64,000 bases of DNA from the human T2T-CHM13v2.0 reference genome, Homo sapiens, in assembly GCF_009914755.1 (NCBI RefSeq), contig NC_060937.1. The stretch is one strand, 5' to 3'. The position numbers and the translations under genes were made by a program. The notes beneath the pieces were generated by a model, which was not told the DNA's origin, made no database searches, and saw only the letters and a list, made by a program, of their open reading frames with translations. Positions 44,000-61,800 of the stretch are shown one piece after another (within the stretch, counting starts at the first letter, position 1; the number at the start of each line of letters is the position of its first letter).

Positions 44000-45964
44000 T
44001 AGTTTGGAGTAATCTCATTTGTCTATTTTTACTTTTGTTGCCTGTGCTTTTGTGATCATAGACAAAAAAAATCATTGTCCAGAGCAACTCTTTGAGCTTT
44101 TATGTTTTTTTTTTTTTTTAGTAGTTTTACAGTTTCAGGTCTTACATTTAAGTCTTTAATCCATTTTGAGTTGATTAAATGGATTAAAACATGTAATCCA
44201 TTTTGAGTTGATTTTTGTATGATGTGAGGCAAAGGTCCAATTTCATTCTTCTGCATACAGATATCCTGTTTTCTCAACATCATTTAATGAAGAGACTGTC
44301 CTTTCCCCATTGTTTATTTTTGGCATCTTTGTTGAAATCCAGTTGACTGTAAGTTCATGGATTTATTTCTGGGCTCTCTATTCTGTTCCATTGGTCTGTG
44401 TGTCTGTTTTTTTGCCAGCCCCTTGCTGTTTTGATTGCCATTTACTTTTGTTGTTCTTTTATTTCTTTATCTTATGAATTTTAGAAAAGTTGAAACTTTT
44501 TTTATATTTGTCTTATTACAGTTACACTCTTAAATGTCTCAGCTTATGGCTTTATGTATTTTAATATCTTTTTCTAATACTTTTAATACTTTATATGGTA
44601 ATTTTTCACTTGTGTTATTTTTTTACCCCCTCTTTTTTGGTGTCATGGTTTTACCTTTATTTATCTTCTTTTCATTTTCTGTATTTAATATTTTTTATTT
44701 TGCTCTTTTTCTGATTTTTATTTTTTACCTATTTCCATTTTAACAGTGTCATAATTTTTTCTTTTTATTTCTAAGCTCTTGGTAACTATTGTATAGACTT
44801 TACTTTTACTAGCTATTTGCATTGTAATATTCAAAACCCTTTCATGTTTATTTATTTATCTATTGTTTTCCTGATATATTCCATTTCTTTATTATTTCTT
44901 AAAATTAAAGACACACAAGCATTTTGTTGGTGATGAAAATTACAAGGACATTCTTGCCTCTGTAGTCTTGGATGTTTTTGTCCTGACCGTCTCTCACAGT
45001 TGCTCTTTTGGGTTTGCAGAATCTCTCTCCATATGCCTAGTGTGAATTCTCCAGGTAAAATGAAATCATCATGGATACCCCTAGAATTGCATGTGACACA
45101 TTTTTGATCCAAGAATAATAGTTTTCTTTATGGAAGGGGCATATTTTATATTAGAATTAGAGTTTTTCTTTTCTTGCATCCCATATTGGTCAGTTGTATA
45201 TTAGACTCTGCACAGTCTCACATCCATTCTGTCTGACACAGTCATTGGGACCTGCAAGTTTCTCAGCACTGCGCCACATTACTGAAAGAAGAGGTCAGAG
45301 GGGAAGGCTGCTCCTGAGACCTGGCATTGCTGAAGAAACTTCTAAAAGACCATTCTGGAAGGAGGCTGTATAGTGAGATCACAGTCATGCTCCTGAAATC
45401 TGTTCTACCTCACCCTGCCTTGCATGTTGAGTTGGACCTGCCACCCTTCTTAGCAGGTTTATGGGAGACTGCTGGGTGTGTTGATCTTCTTCCTTCATTC
45501 CCATGTGTCCCAGGAACACGTGGGCTGCAGTTATCACCGTGGACTTTCTTTCCTTTTTTAAAGAAAATACAAACTTGGACAAATAAAAGTAGAACTCTAC
45601 TGCTCTCTGTTATGGTAAGAACACACAGTGAATCATAAGTCTGGTCTTAGACATATACTTTAAAAATAGAATGGTGAGGTAACTTAAAAATCATGTCATA
45701 TGAGGAACAGTTGAAGGAATATTGAGTCTAATTATAAGAGGAATTTAAAGAAAATTTGTTTGCTATTGGCGGTATCCCTAGGGCTGTCATGGAAGAGGAG
45801 TTTGCTAACTAGGGCAGAACTAGATGCAATGGGTGGAATTTACAGGGATCCAAGTTTTTCTGTGTTTATGGAGAAAAACAATTCAAATGTGAAAACTGTT
45901 AAACCACACGGCATACTGCTTCAGAGCGGACCAAGATGGGCTAATAGGGCCGTTGTTAGGGAGG

Positions 45965-46386
45965 TGTTGTGCCTATTAACTTCAGCAGGGATGGTGCCCG
46001 GTTCAAGAGGCCAGAGACCCACAGCCAGTGAATTAGGCATAGAGTTTTATTGAGGACTTACAGGGATGGCTCAGTGGTAGCAGGACAGAAGAACCACTAC
46101 CACTTATAAAAAGCATGCAGTTTATATAGCATTTTCACTGAGCACCTCCACCCCCACCAACAAACTACACCTGGCAACCTTCACTTACCCCAAAAGAAAG
46201 GGCCTCTCTCCCCTGTGCAGCCTGCATTCCACCGGTGGGCTCAGATATTTCTCATAGATAAGGAATGAATCTTCTGATTGGCCACACTTGGAACTCCCAA
46301 CACACATTCAGGTGTGTCTGCCGTATAGGGTCATTCTGAGGGTATGCTTAAGGTAAGTTATCACCGTCAGGTGCACCTACAATACA
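45965..46386 (-). mobile_element. ERVL-type solo LTR (LTR47-like)
   Basis: Minus strand begins TGTATTGTAGGTGCACCTGAC...AAGCATACCCTCAGAATGACCC. Minus-strand AATAAA at ~46046-46051. Confidence 0.6.
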
Positions 46387-46499
46387 CAGGTTTGTTTACC
46401 CTATAGGAGGTTAGAAGTTTCTGTGATTCTTTGACCTTGTGTTCATTTTACCTCTGGCCTTAAATTGGATTTTTAAAGAAAATAAATTTTATTGTGTAT

Positions 46500-46905
46500 T
46501 GTATTAGTTTATTCTTCTATAAAACAATACTTGAGACTGGGTAATTTATAAAGAAAAGAGGTTTAATTGGCTCATTGGCTTCCACGGGCTATACGGAAGC
46601 GTGGCACCATCTGCTTCTGGGGAGGCCTCAGGGAGCTTTTACGCGTGGTGCAAGGCAGAGCAGGAACAGGCGTCTTACATGGTAGGACCAGGACCAAGAG
46701 AGAGAAGGGGGAGGTGCTGCACGCTTTTAAACAATCACATCTTGTGAGGAGTCTATCACTATACAGTACCAAGGTTGGAGGGATGGTGTTAAACCATTTA
46801 TGAGAACTCCACCGCCGTGAACCAGTCGCCTCCCACCAGGCCCCATCTCCAACACTGGGGATTATAGTTCGAGATTTGGTGGGGACAAAAATCCAAACCA
46901 TATCA
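46500..46905 (-). mobile_element. MSTA-like MaLR LTR inserted in an L1MA 3' fragment
   Basis: tgtattagtt...gagactgggtaatttataaagaaaagaggtttaattggctca...atccaaaccatatca. Perfect 5-bp TSD TGTAT. Confidence 0.9.
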
Positions 46906-46938
46906 TGTATATTTAAGGTATACAGCATGATGTTATGA

Positions 46939-46941
<3 letters not shown>

Positions 46942-46975
<34 letters not shown>
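46942..46975. repeat. (AT)17 microsatellite
   Basis: Read directly. Confidence 0.95.
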
Positions 46976-46979
<4 letters not shown>

Positions 46980-47557
46980 AAATGGTTACTACAGTGAAAC
47001 AAATTAACATATACAAATGATTTGATTAGCCTATTTCAAAATAGGATATTTGCATTTGCAATGAGTTTCTTCATCTACTTTTACTTATTTTGATAGAAGA
47101 AATCCTTTCTCCTCAGCATCATCCTTGGTTAGATACCATCTAGGTATTGATGGTTTTCCTCATATCCTGTAGACTTTGTGGTGTGAAAGGGTCATGCTAG
47201 ACAAAAGGTCTGTGCATTGAATTGGAATCATTTTAGAGCTAAACCCTTAGCTTTCTAGAGACTTATTTTATCCCAGTTTTCCTTAATGAAATATAACTAA
47301 TATATGATGAAATGCACAATCTCAAATATGTAGTATGTTTTGGCCATTGTATATACCTTGCAGCTACTTCCTGGATGTTCTTTCATGCCCCCTTTTAATT
47401 GATTTCTTCCTCCACCCCCACCCCCACCCCCATTTAATAACCACTTTCTGACTTCTGTAACCATTGATTAATTTTGCCTGTCCTTGGGCTTCATATGCGT
47501 GGAATCATACCACATGTACTAATTTGTGTCTGACTTTCTTCACCCAGCATGTTTTAG

Positions 47558-48076
<519 letters not shown>

Positions 48077-48629
48077 TGAACATTTTTAAAGAACTTTGAA
48101 TTCTTTAGGCAAGCTTCTTTCTGACCTCATTACTTAATATTGTCATGTTTTTACATCATTGTGCCTATTTTTATTGAAAGAAACAAGTAAGACAATTGAC
48201 GTGCAGTGTAAAATGCTGATAAGTAAGTGTCTAGTTCCTGGAAAGTCTTCAGTGAATGTGAGAGCTGTAATGATAGCAATTAACAGTTTACCTAATTTTG
48301 CCCCCAATACTTTTAGACCAGTAGGGTAAAGTTGAATGCCCTGGAAATCTGTGAAAGTTTAGTGGAGGTTTTAGTAAATTGAGTTTCAGCAAATTTAAAA
48401 GTAATTTACAAAATCTGTTATGAATAGCACAGGAATTGAAATGTCACTTCCTCAAATTTATGAATAGCTTTACATGTTCAAAGTTATATTCTTTTTGAAA
48501 TAAAGTAGTGAATTATATTTGTTATCACTTTATACTAGCTAAAGATTGAAACTAACCTACTGTGCAATAATAAGAGAGCTGAAAAAACTTATTTTATCAG
48601 CTTTATTGAGGTATGGTTGATATATAACA

Positions 48630-48740
48630 TATATAAATATATATGTTTACAGTTTATAAATATATATTTACAGTTTATAAATATATAGTTTATAAATACA
48701 TATATACAGTTTATAAATATATATATTTACAGTTAATAAA
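48630..48740. repeat. AT-rich minisatellite (~21-bp unit CAGTTTATAAATATATATTTA, about 5 degenerate copies) inside an old L1M 3' end (~48590-48945, minus)
   Basis: Repeated agtttataaata blocks. The flank ttttatcagctttattgaggtat is an L1M 3' terminus. Confidence 0.8.
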
Positions 48741-50133
48741 ATTTGATACATTTTCACATGTTTGTACCATAAAACCGTCACCACAACCAAGATGATGAAT
48801 ACATCCATCATTTCTAAAAGTTTCCTTGCGTCACTTTAAAATTTTTCTCTCCTGTCCTAGCTTTCACCCAGTCCCATCAACCACAAATCAGATTTCTGCC
48901 AATATGTATTAGTTTGCATTTGTAGAGCTTGGTTAAGTGGATAGTAAAATAAATTATGGCCTGTCTACATTGTGTTAAAATTAAAATAATGCTTTTGAAA
49001 AATAATTACATGGGAAGTACTTACGTGAGATACAGTGTTATGTGGAAAAAATGATATAAAATTATAAGTACAGACTGATTTTAAATTGGCACACACAAAA
49101 TGCCATTAACATGTATAGAAAAAAATGAAGGAAACATCTTAAAATATGGTTATTTCTGGGTATGCATGATTATGGGTGGTTTATTTAATTTATACTATTT
49201 TATATTTTCTAAATTTAGTAAAATCAGAATACATTATTTTATAATCAGAAAAAAAAGTAAAGCAAGCCTTGAATTAGGCGATCTAAGTATACAGCAAACG
49301 TTTTATAATGCATTTCCACTTGGCTGAGGAATTGTCACTTGAAGATTTCAGCTGTAAATAGTTAAGAATGTATTCTCTAAGCGAAAGGAAAAGTTGTGAT
49401 AAAGAAGCACCGTTTTTTTTCTGGAAGTGCTGGAACGCTTTGGATATTAATATAATTTTTCTGAGTAATCATGTTAATAACTATGGTATGTGAAATAATT
49501 CCTGCAGTAGCTGACTGCTTAGCCTTCTGGAACTGAACTGAACGCATTATGTGAGCTCTCTTGGTAATGAAGGTCGCAAATCAAAGGAAAGAATACATGA
49601 AAAAAGGATTAGAACAAAAAGAGATAAAGCCATAACCCTACATCCCTGTTATAATGAATCCTGTAATTTGACGAGTGTAAGCGGGTAAAAAATGGCATTT
49701 AATGAATTAAGGATGAGCTGATCTTCCCTGTTGTCAGTTGGGAATGAAACCCTTTTCCTGAAATACTGTAAGATTCAGAAAAAAAAAAAAAAAAAAAAAA
49801 AATCCATGTATAAGTTAATTTGGTATATATATAAGGAAATTATAATTCTTATAAAATTATAATTCATGGTGAAGTGTACATCATGAAGAGATGAAGAGTA
49901 ATTTTTCTTCATGAGTTTTGCATAGGACTACAGTGTATGAAACATAGCAATGATTACAAAGTTTATATATTTATTTTTACTTACTTCAACAAAATAGTAA
50001 TTGCCTACCTTGTGTTAGTAGGCCTCTAGGAAAAAGATTTTTAAAAAGCAAAGAGTGGTATCTCTGTTCTCAAGACACATAAAGTTTAGTGCATTATTTG
50101 GGTGCAGTACTTGGGCCTAAAACCAAGTATCCA

Positions 50134-52350
<2,217 letters not shown>

Positions 52351-53582
52351 GGGTCAAATATATTTTGAGCCTGAAGAAATGAATATTTTCAATACTTATT
52401 TTCATCCATTAGTATACTAAAAGGAAATGAAAGTGACAGCATCAATCAATATAGTTATCAATTTCCATTAAAATTAGAGTTTGTGTAATTGTTAACAAAA
52501 CAAAGTATTCTCTAAAAATATTTAAAGGTAATTGTACATTTTTTCTCACTTATTTTTAGTGGCATTGTCCTTTTGTATTTTTTGGATAAGTCATTCTCCT
52601 GGAAAACACTTTTCCCAAAGAACTAACAATTAATTATCTTGCATCCAAGATCCAATATTAGTGAAGTTGAAATAAGACTGAAAAGAATCTGGTACCGAGT
52701 CAGTGACTCCTAAGGCAGGTGTCTCAGCTCTCCACCAAAGTGTAAATGGATGCTATCATATTCAATCTAGTAGTAATATAATGTTCACAAGTACATGCAT
52801 TATACTTTGTATGATTGGAAGGGAATATATTGTACTCTAATTTTCCTGTGGCAAAAAGGTGTGTGAACTGTGGCTATGGGTAGTTATGATACACGGGAAC
52901 ATCTCTTACCATAGTATTATTATAGAAGTTTAGAAATGTGGTAAACATATATGTCAGAAACAATGGTGTATCATGAATACACATGAATAATTAGTGCAAT
53001 TAAATATTTTATCCTTCTCGTGTGCTTATAGCCTATTTTTCTTCACAAATCCTTCTACTTATTAAAGTGAACCCATTTTCAGGGATGTATTAGAAAATAA
53101 AGAAACAGTAATAATGATAATTCAGTAATGTCTTTAAAAAAAGATATTTCAGAGTTAAAGTGCTGATGCTTTCCGAGAGCTTAATTGTATTTAAAAATAA
53201 ATGAAATTCTGATGACTTACATATTTTACCTCCCCCAAACCTTCCTCTAATGTAAATGCTATTTCATATAAAACTCCTTAAGCAGAACTTGACATCTTTT
53301 AAGATCATTCACTATCATAACATAATGTAATCAGCAAGTGTTTTTCACTTCATTTGAAATGTCTCTGTGGATGAACACAGATCCTATTGATAGCAGCCAT
53401 CAAATGCCTCACTATCATTGTATAATGAAGCTAATATCACTATGAAATAAGAAAATGAACTCTAAAAATCCACGGAGCTCCCCAAAACTTTTTGACAGAT
53501 CAAAACAAAAACTTTGAGTAAAAATAGTGACACAGTAATGTCTCTTAACCATTTTGTATTTAGGCTGATTATCTGATATATA

Positions 53583-53724
53583 TTCTTGAAACTACCTTGT
53601 CTGTTAAAAAATATATAAACATAATATACTAATATATAAATATAATTTTCTTAAGCAAATATATAAATATATGTTTATATAAATATATAATATATATTTT
53701 AAGCAGACAAGGCAGTTTCAAGAA
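53583..53724. repeat. Inverted repeat (quasi-palindrome) with an AT-rich centre
   Basis: TTCTTGAAACTACCTTGTCTG (53583-53603) pairs with CAGACAAGGCAGTTTCAAGAA (53704-53724) at 20/21 positions. Confidence 0.9.
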
Positions 53725-54259
53725 GAACCTTAAGTATTTGTAAGTGGTTTATTGCAAATGATTATAATTGAATTTCTAAATTATTTAAAGTGAGGAGATG
53801 TCTAAAAATAATACTATGATTTAAGTCCTTGAGATCATTTCTATTTTTAAAATGATTACCATTTACCAAAAAAATAGACTGTCCTAATTAAAAATGAATT
53901 ATTTCCCTTTCTAGACACACTCTAAACAAACCATTTAATTAAGTTCACTTCTGATTGTTTGGGAGCTGGTTACACAGTTTGTAGATAATTCAGGCCCTCT
54001 GTTTCTTTTCTTTCTCTGGCTACTGTCTACCTTCTGTTCATATCAGGGCTTAGCAGCATCCTAATGGGGTTGGATGATAGAGGGGGAGCAATGGAAGAAG
54101 CAAGTTAGATGAGTCAATGTTTTTCTTATTAACATTAGGAAAATGTTTTGCCCAAAAGCTGTTAGTTAAAATCAGGCTTTCAATGTACTGTTGATTTTAA
54201 TTTATGGTATGTGTGTTTCTCATTAACTTGGGGGAATCCTAAACTTAATTCAAAATAAA

Positions 54260-54450
54260 GGCAGCATGATACAGTGAAAAGCTTTGAAATCAGACACAGT
54301 GGGGTCCAAAATCTACCCCTGCTGTTGCTTAACCATATGATTTTGGCAAGAGCTATTTCTTCATCAGTTCAAGGAGGATAAAATATCTGTTTGGCAGAGT
54401 TATGAGAATTAATAATCATTTATGTTAAAAATCTAGTATAGAACATATTA
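54260..54450 (+). mobile_element. MIR SINE
   Basis: ggcagcatgatacagtgaaaagctttgaaatcagac...ccatatgattttggcaag...tttcttcatc. Confidence 0.65.
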
Positions 54451-54852
54451 GTAATTTTCACCTGAGTGTTTTATAGTTTACTAGAATGTATTTAATATCA
54501 GAGGCAATTCCTTGATTATATTAAGATTACTAAGTATACTGTAAAAAATAGTTATTAGAAATGTCAGCTTCCAAACTTTTGATGCATAAATGTAATAACT
54601 CATTACTAACATAATTCTATGAAATTAGTATCCCAGCACAGAGAAAAACACTCACCACTTTTATTCAATGCATAGGAGATTTCCATCAGAATTAGGAGAT
54701 AAACCTTAATCCTGAGAGGGTTGAAAGTGGAAATGTGAGAGATCCAAGTTCTTTTTCAGGTTGTGTTCACTATCAAATAATCATGTATAAAAATACCTCA
54801 TCTTATGCAGTTTATGGACTAGATGTGATCTTGAAGTTGCTTATAAATAAAA

Positions 54853-56752
<1,900 letters not shown>

Positions 56753-57646
56753 TTAGAAAACCCTGATGTTCAAAGACATTACACAGAAACTTCTGATAGA
56801 TGCCTCCTAATATGTATTTGGATTTATTCAAGATACAGTTATCAATCATGTCATAAAGATGATGTCTCTTCTTCTCATTCCTGCCTGACCCTGTTTTCTT
56901 GGACTCTTATGTCAGCCTGTAAGAAAAGCAGTTTTATTAATGAATTCGTATGTAGGTATGGTCACTTTGAGAATACATTTCTTGGAAAAATTGTTTATTG
57001 AGTACTTTATGATTTCTTTAAAGTTATTTAAAGAAATTCAGAGAATTCAGGGGTTAGTACATTTAATAAGGAAACAATTGTATTAGCTAGTTTTGAACTG
57101 TCAAATGGAGTTGAACCATGGATGAGGCAGAAGGTGGTATTGACTTGGAGAATTCAGCTGCAAAAGAAGGTTGTTATACCATCTATCAATAAACACAGGA
57201 AAGTTTATTGTATTTTCCAGGTAAGGAACTGAGATGCAGAAAGATGAAGAAAAGTCAGCAAAGTGATTAAGCATGGTTGAAGGACCTTTTAAAAGTCAAA
57301 CTTTCATTTTCTCAAATTTCTGTACTTCCACACATTTTAATTGAAAACAGAGCAAACGTGTTTTGTTATTCTTGATAGTGATCAGCAGAGCACATAATAA
57401 AGGATTAGCTCAATTATTAATCATTGGAGTGAGTATCATTCATAAAAAATCCACTTTCATTAATAAATTAAGGCTGTGTATATTTCCCACTTTATCCTGT
57501 ATTTTTCAGGTTACCCCAAATCACTCAAATCACAGCTAACTTGCCCTTTGACCACCTCATTAACTGTCTCTTACAGAGGTTCCCTGGTTTTGGTTGTCAC
57601 GATAAGAAGTCGTAATGAAACTGAAGAATCACTAACCATCATTCTG

Positions 57647-58521
57647 CAGCAGGTCCTGCAATAAGTTGTTTTGTTCAATGTTGCTTCATTATAACATTGT
57701 TGAGAAAAAATAAATTGATTCCTGGCTGGGGCCACTGTCTTCTGGGAGTTTGCACATTTGCTTGTTCCCCAACCCCTGGCTGCATGGGTTTTCTCCAAGT
57801 ACTCTGGTTTCCCTCCACAGCTCAAAGCTGTGCCCATTGGGTGAATTGGCATGTCTACACAGTCCCAGTCTGAGTGAGTGTGAGTGCACCCTGTGATGGG
57901 ATGAGATGGTGTCCTGTCCAGGGCTGGTTCCCACCTTGCACCCTGAGCTGCAGGGAGAGACTCTGGCCATCTGCCACCCTTAACTGGAATAAACAATTTG
58001 GAAAATGAATGAATGAATGAATGAATGAATGAATACAAATGATTGCAAATGAAAATTTGTAACATATACAATCATAAAAATGCATAACAATAAACAATGT
58101 AGTGTGAAAGCACTCAGCAAGCCTACCATATGTGTTATTGCTTGTTTTTGAACTGTGTGGTCGTAGGAGGTGCTCTGGACAATTTTCAAATTGCAAACAT
58201 TTATTCACTGATTTCACCACCACCACTGTGACTGTGTCACTCACTGATGACCCAAAAATTGGGTAAATAATTATCTTCCTTGTCTGTATTAATCTTTCTT
58301 AAATGTATGTATAGCTCACATTTATTTCAGTGTTTAGTATTAGAAGTGTTTTGGTTCTTTATTTAGAAATTTGGTGTTGTTTTTGTGACCATAAACATAC
58401 CATAGCAACTTAACTCTTGTTTATATAATAACTAGTCTATGGTAAAATTGGTTTTGTTACACAGCGTTTTGCTTAAAGTCACAGTTTCCAAGAACCTATT
58501 GATGACATTGAGGACTTACTG
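57647..58521 (+). mobile_element. MER6 (TcMar-Tigger non-autonomous element), near full length, with internal (AATG)7 at 58004-58034
   Basis: TIRs CAGCAGGTCCT / AGGACTTACTG. Internal ggagtttgcaca...gggttttctccaagtactctggtttccctccaca is the V-SINE-like core. Confidence 0.85.
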
Positions 58522-60172
58522 TTAAGTGCATATTGGACAAAGCTATATATTCAATGAGAGATTAAATATATCTCACAGTCAATTAATTCAAAGGTGGGAG
58601 AGTATATCCTGAACATGGTCAGGCAGAAATACCTGTGAATAGGGTCTGTGGAGAGAGACAAAAATAGAGACAGAGCAAAAAGGGAGGTGAGATTGTGCTA
58701 GTATTTAGCTACTTCTGACTTCGGACCTGCAGACTAGAGCTATTTATTAAGTGAACACTTAAGTTAATTAAGAAAATGCACTTAAAGATTGATGTTTACA
58801 CAAAGACTACCAAAGAAGTGGAAACAGCAACCTAAAGATAATGAATTTTAGGAAAGTCAACTTTAGTAATTTAAATATAAGAAAATGACCTGTAAGTGGA
58901 AGGACCCATGAAAATTAGATTATTTCTTAAAGCAACAATAGTTATAAGGATGGCAAGAGGATGAAGAGAACAGGATGAAACCCAGGTAGCTACACAGAGC
59001 TGCACATTGGAAATGTCCAAGAGTAAAGATTCGGAATTAGAGTAAGCATTAAACCAGAAATAAGGCATATCAATGATGGCATGAAAAGATAAAACCAGGA
59101 AACATATGGTGACTGCAAGGTGAAATACACTAAGGGACAAAATAGTCTTTATGTATGAGAGGAAAACAAGACTGAGAAAACACATCCTGTTTATTAGATG
59201 CAAAGGAAAAGAGGATTGGTTCCAAAACAAAATTCAGTTGTCTTTAAAGAAAATTTTTGCCTTCGTAGTAAAATATAGCGTCTCATTTAGAAAATGGAAT
59301 AGGAAACAATGTGGTTGAAGGACAGGGAAACAAACTAGACTTGGCAGGGAATTGATCAAAGATCATTTAAATAAACAGGTCTTGGTAACTTTCACATTAG
59401 AACGCCAATTATTGATGATTCGGGCTCCAGGTGCTAAAAATAACACCTTTTTGATACAGTAGAAAACTATTCTTGGTGGTTTTTCGATCACTCTGAACTG
59501 TTAGTGCCTGCTTCGTTATGCTGTGTGTCAAAGGACACAAAATGAAAGTTTATTTTTTATTATGAGAGTAGCTCATGATCATTTTTGTAATGTCTTCATT
59601 TTTATAGCATTTTTCATTTTTCTTTATAGCCACAGTAGTGTGACCTCCCATTTTCCTGTTTTGAGAGAAAATGCTCACCTCTTATTAAAGTGACATGCAT
59701 TCAGAATAAGAATTATAGATCCCTCTCAAGTGAGAAAAGCCAAGTTGTTTGTCCCAAAGCTGCCAGTGACTCAGGGCATCAGAGAAGAGTAAACCAAAAC
59801 ATGAATTCATGATGCACCATCATCTTATTTTTAAAAAGTAAACATTTTATTTGGATCAATTAAAGAAAATATAATGCATATTTTTAAAAAATTTACACAA
59901 TCCTCCCCTATAATGGCAGTTTGAAAATTTTATGTCCATGACAGAAATACAAGGTACAACTTTCTATTTTACAGCCAAAGGATTTGAAGAACCTGGAAAA
60001 CTTTCATGAAGAGCTACAACAGTCATTCATTAGCAGCTGAATAATGCCTGTATTTGGAATTTAATATATGTATTTTCTTAAGATATCTGAGAATGACTCA
60101 ATTAATTCTATAGAGAATAAAATGTTATCTGAAGACAACTAGCTTTACTAGCAGTGAAATTGCTAGTGGTGG

Positions 60173-60728
60173 TGTTACGGCATCTTTGTTCTCATAGGTT
60201 GGTGAGCGGGACGGAGGGTTACAGCTCTTTTGTTTCTGCCACCTGCAGCTTGGCAAACAGGATATGCCTGTTTTGTTCCTGCCATCCGCAGCTTGGCGAG
60301 TTCCAGGTTCTTGTCCCACAACAAGAGGAATAAGGTACGTGGACACCGGAGAGTGAGTGAGGCAGAGAAGAATTTTATTGAGCAACAGAAGGAAAGCTCT
60401 CAGTGGCAAGAGGGGACCCTGAAAGCTGGTAGCCCTCTTTGAGGCTGAGTCTGGACTTTTTATGGGCTTAGAATGGGGGAGTGTGTGCTAATTGGTCCAT
60501 GGGTGGTCTTGGGAAAAGCACAATTCGATTGGTTAAGAGGCATCATTCAGAGTGAACCAATCATTAGAGTGGGTAAGCCAGGGATAGAAGTTCTCACTCT
60601 GGTCATGGACTCTATCGGGAACTGGCAGCTTGGTTTTTAGGCTTTAGACTTTCCTTGGTTTGAAGGTTGGGTCTCACCAGGGACCTGTCCCTGTCTGCGT
60701 AGGAATTTGTCTGTCTCCTTTCATATCA
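60173..60728 (-). mobile_element. ERV1 solo LTR (LTR27-like)
   Basis: Minus strand TGATATGAAAGGAGACAGACAAATTCCT...GTAACA, minus-strand AATAAA at ~60374-60379, flanks GTGG / GTAG. Confidence 0.7.
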
Positions 60729-61337
60729 GTAGAATATTGACAGAATATTTACAGTTTAAAAAAATAGTTAAATGGAGATAGATTTCCAGCGAAGGTCTAC
60801 ATTTTGCCACAAATCTTGAGAGGAAGATCTACACCTATTTTTAAAATGATTCTTCTGTCATTTTTATGACAGCACATCAAGCAGTAATAACATTGGAAAT
60901 GAGACTGGATTCCTGTCGCCGTAGGTCCCCTGTGACTTTGAGCAGGATGCCCCAATTTTCTGGTTCTTGTGTTACCCTAGACTAGATGTCCATGAAGGAC
61001 CCTCTTGGGCACTCTGATTCTATACTGTATTTTGAATAAGAAGAAAGTTTTTGATAAAATTCCTAAGTAAAAGATCTAAATGTACTAAACTATATAACTG
61101 TATATAATGTATAACATAATATATAATGTGAATAAACATATATGTCTATATTCTTAAGGGGAACTTGAGTGAGGAAATGTGGATGGCAAATCTATTACTA
61201 TTTCCTTCTGGCATGTAGGTTGTTTGAAAACATTTCTAAGGACATGCTTCATAGACAGCAGATATGCCTACCAACAGGAAATTGATGGCGGGACATCCAT
61301 GTGAAATAATTCTAGCCAGTCCACTAAAAAAAGACTA

Positions 61338-61688
<351 letters not shown>

Positions 61689-61800
61689 TTAAAAAACAAT
61701 TACACCATGAAGTCTAGATGGATATACGCACAGTGTCAACAGTGGTTATCTTTTGGTGGAGAGATTATAGTTGACTGTTTTATAAATAGAAAAACATTAC

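Noticed and set aside
49779-49802. A24 run as the tail of a retrocopy
   Set aside because: No upstream AATAAA, recognisable element or TSD was found, so it is treated as a simple mononucleotide run.
57571-58244. ORFs of 166 aa and 129 aa on the minus strand
   Set aside because: They lie within MER6 and run through the (AATG)n repeat (FIHSFIHS); there is no domain similarity.
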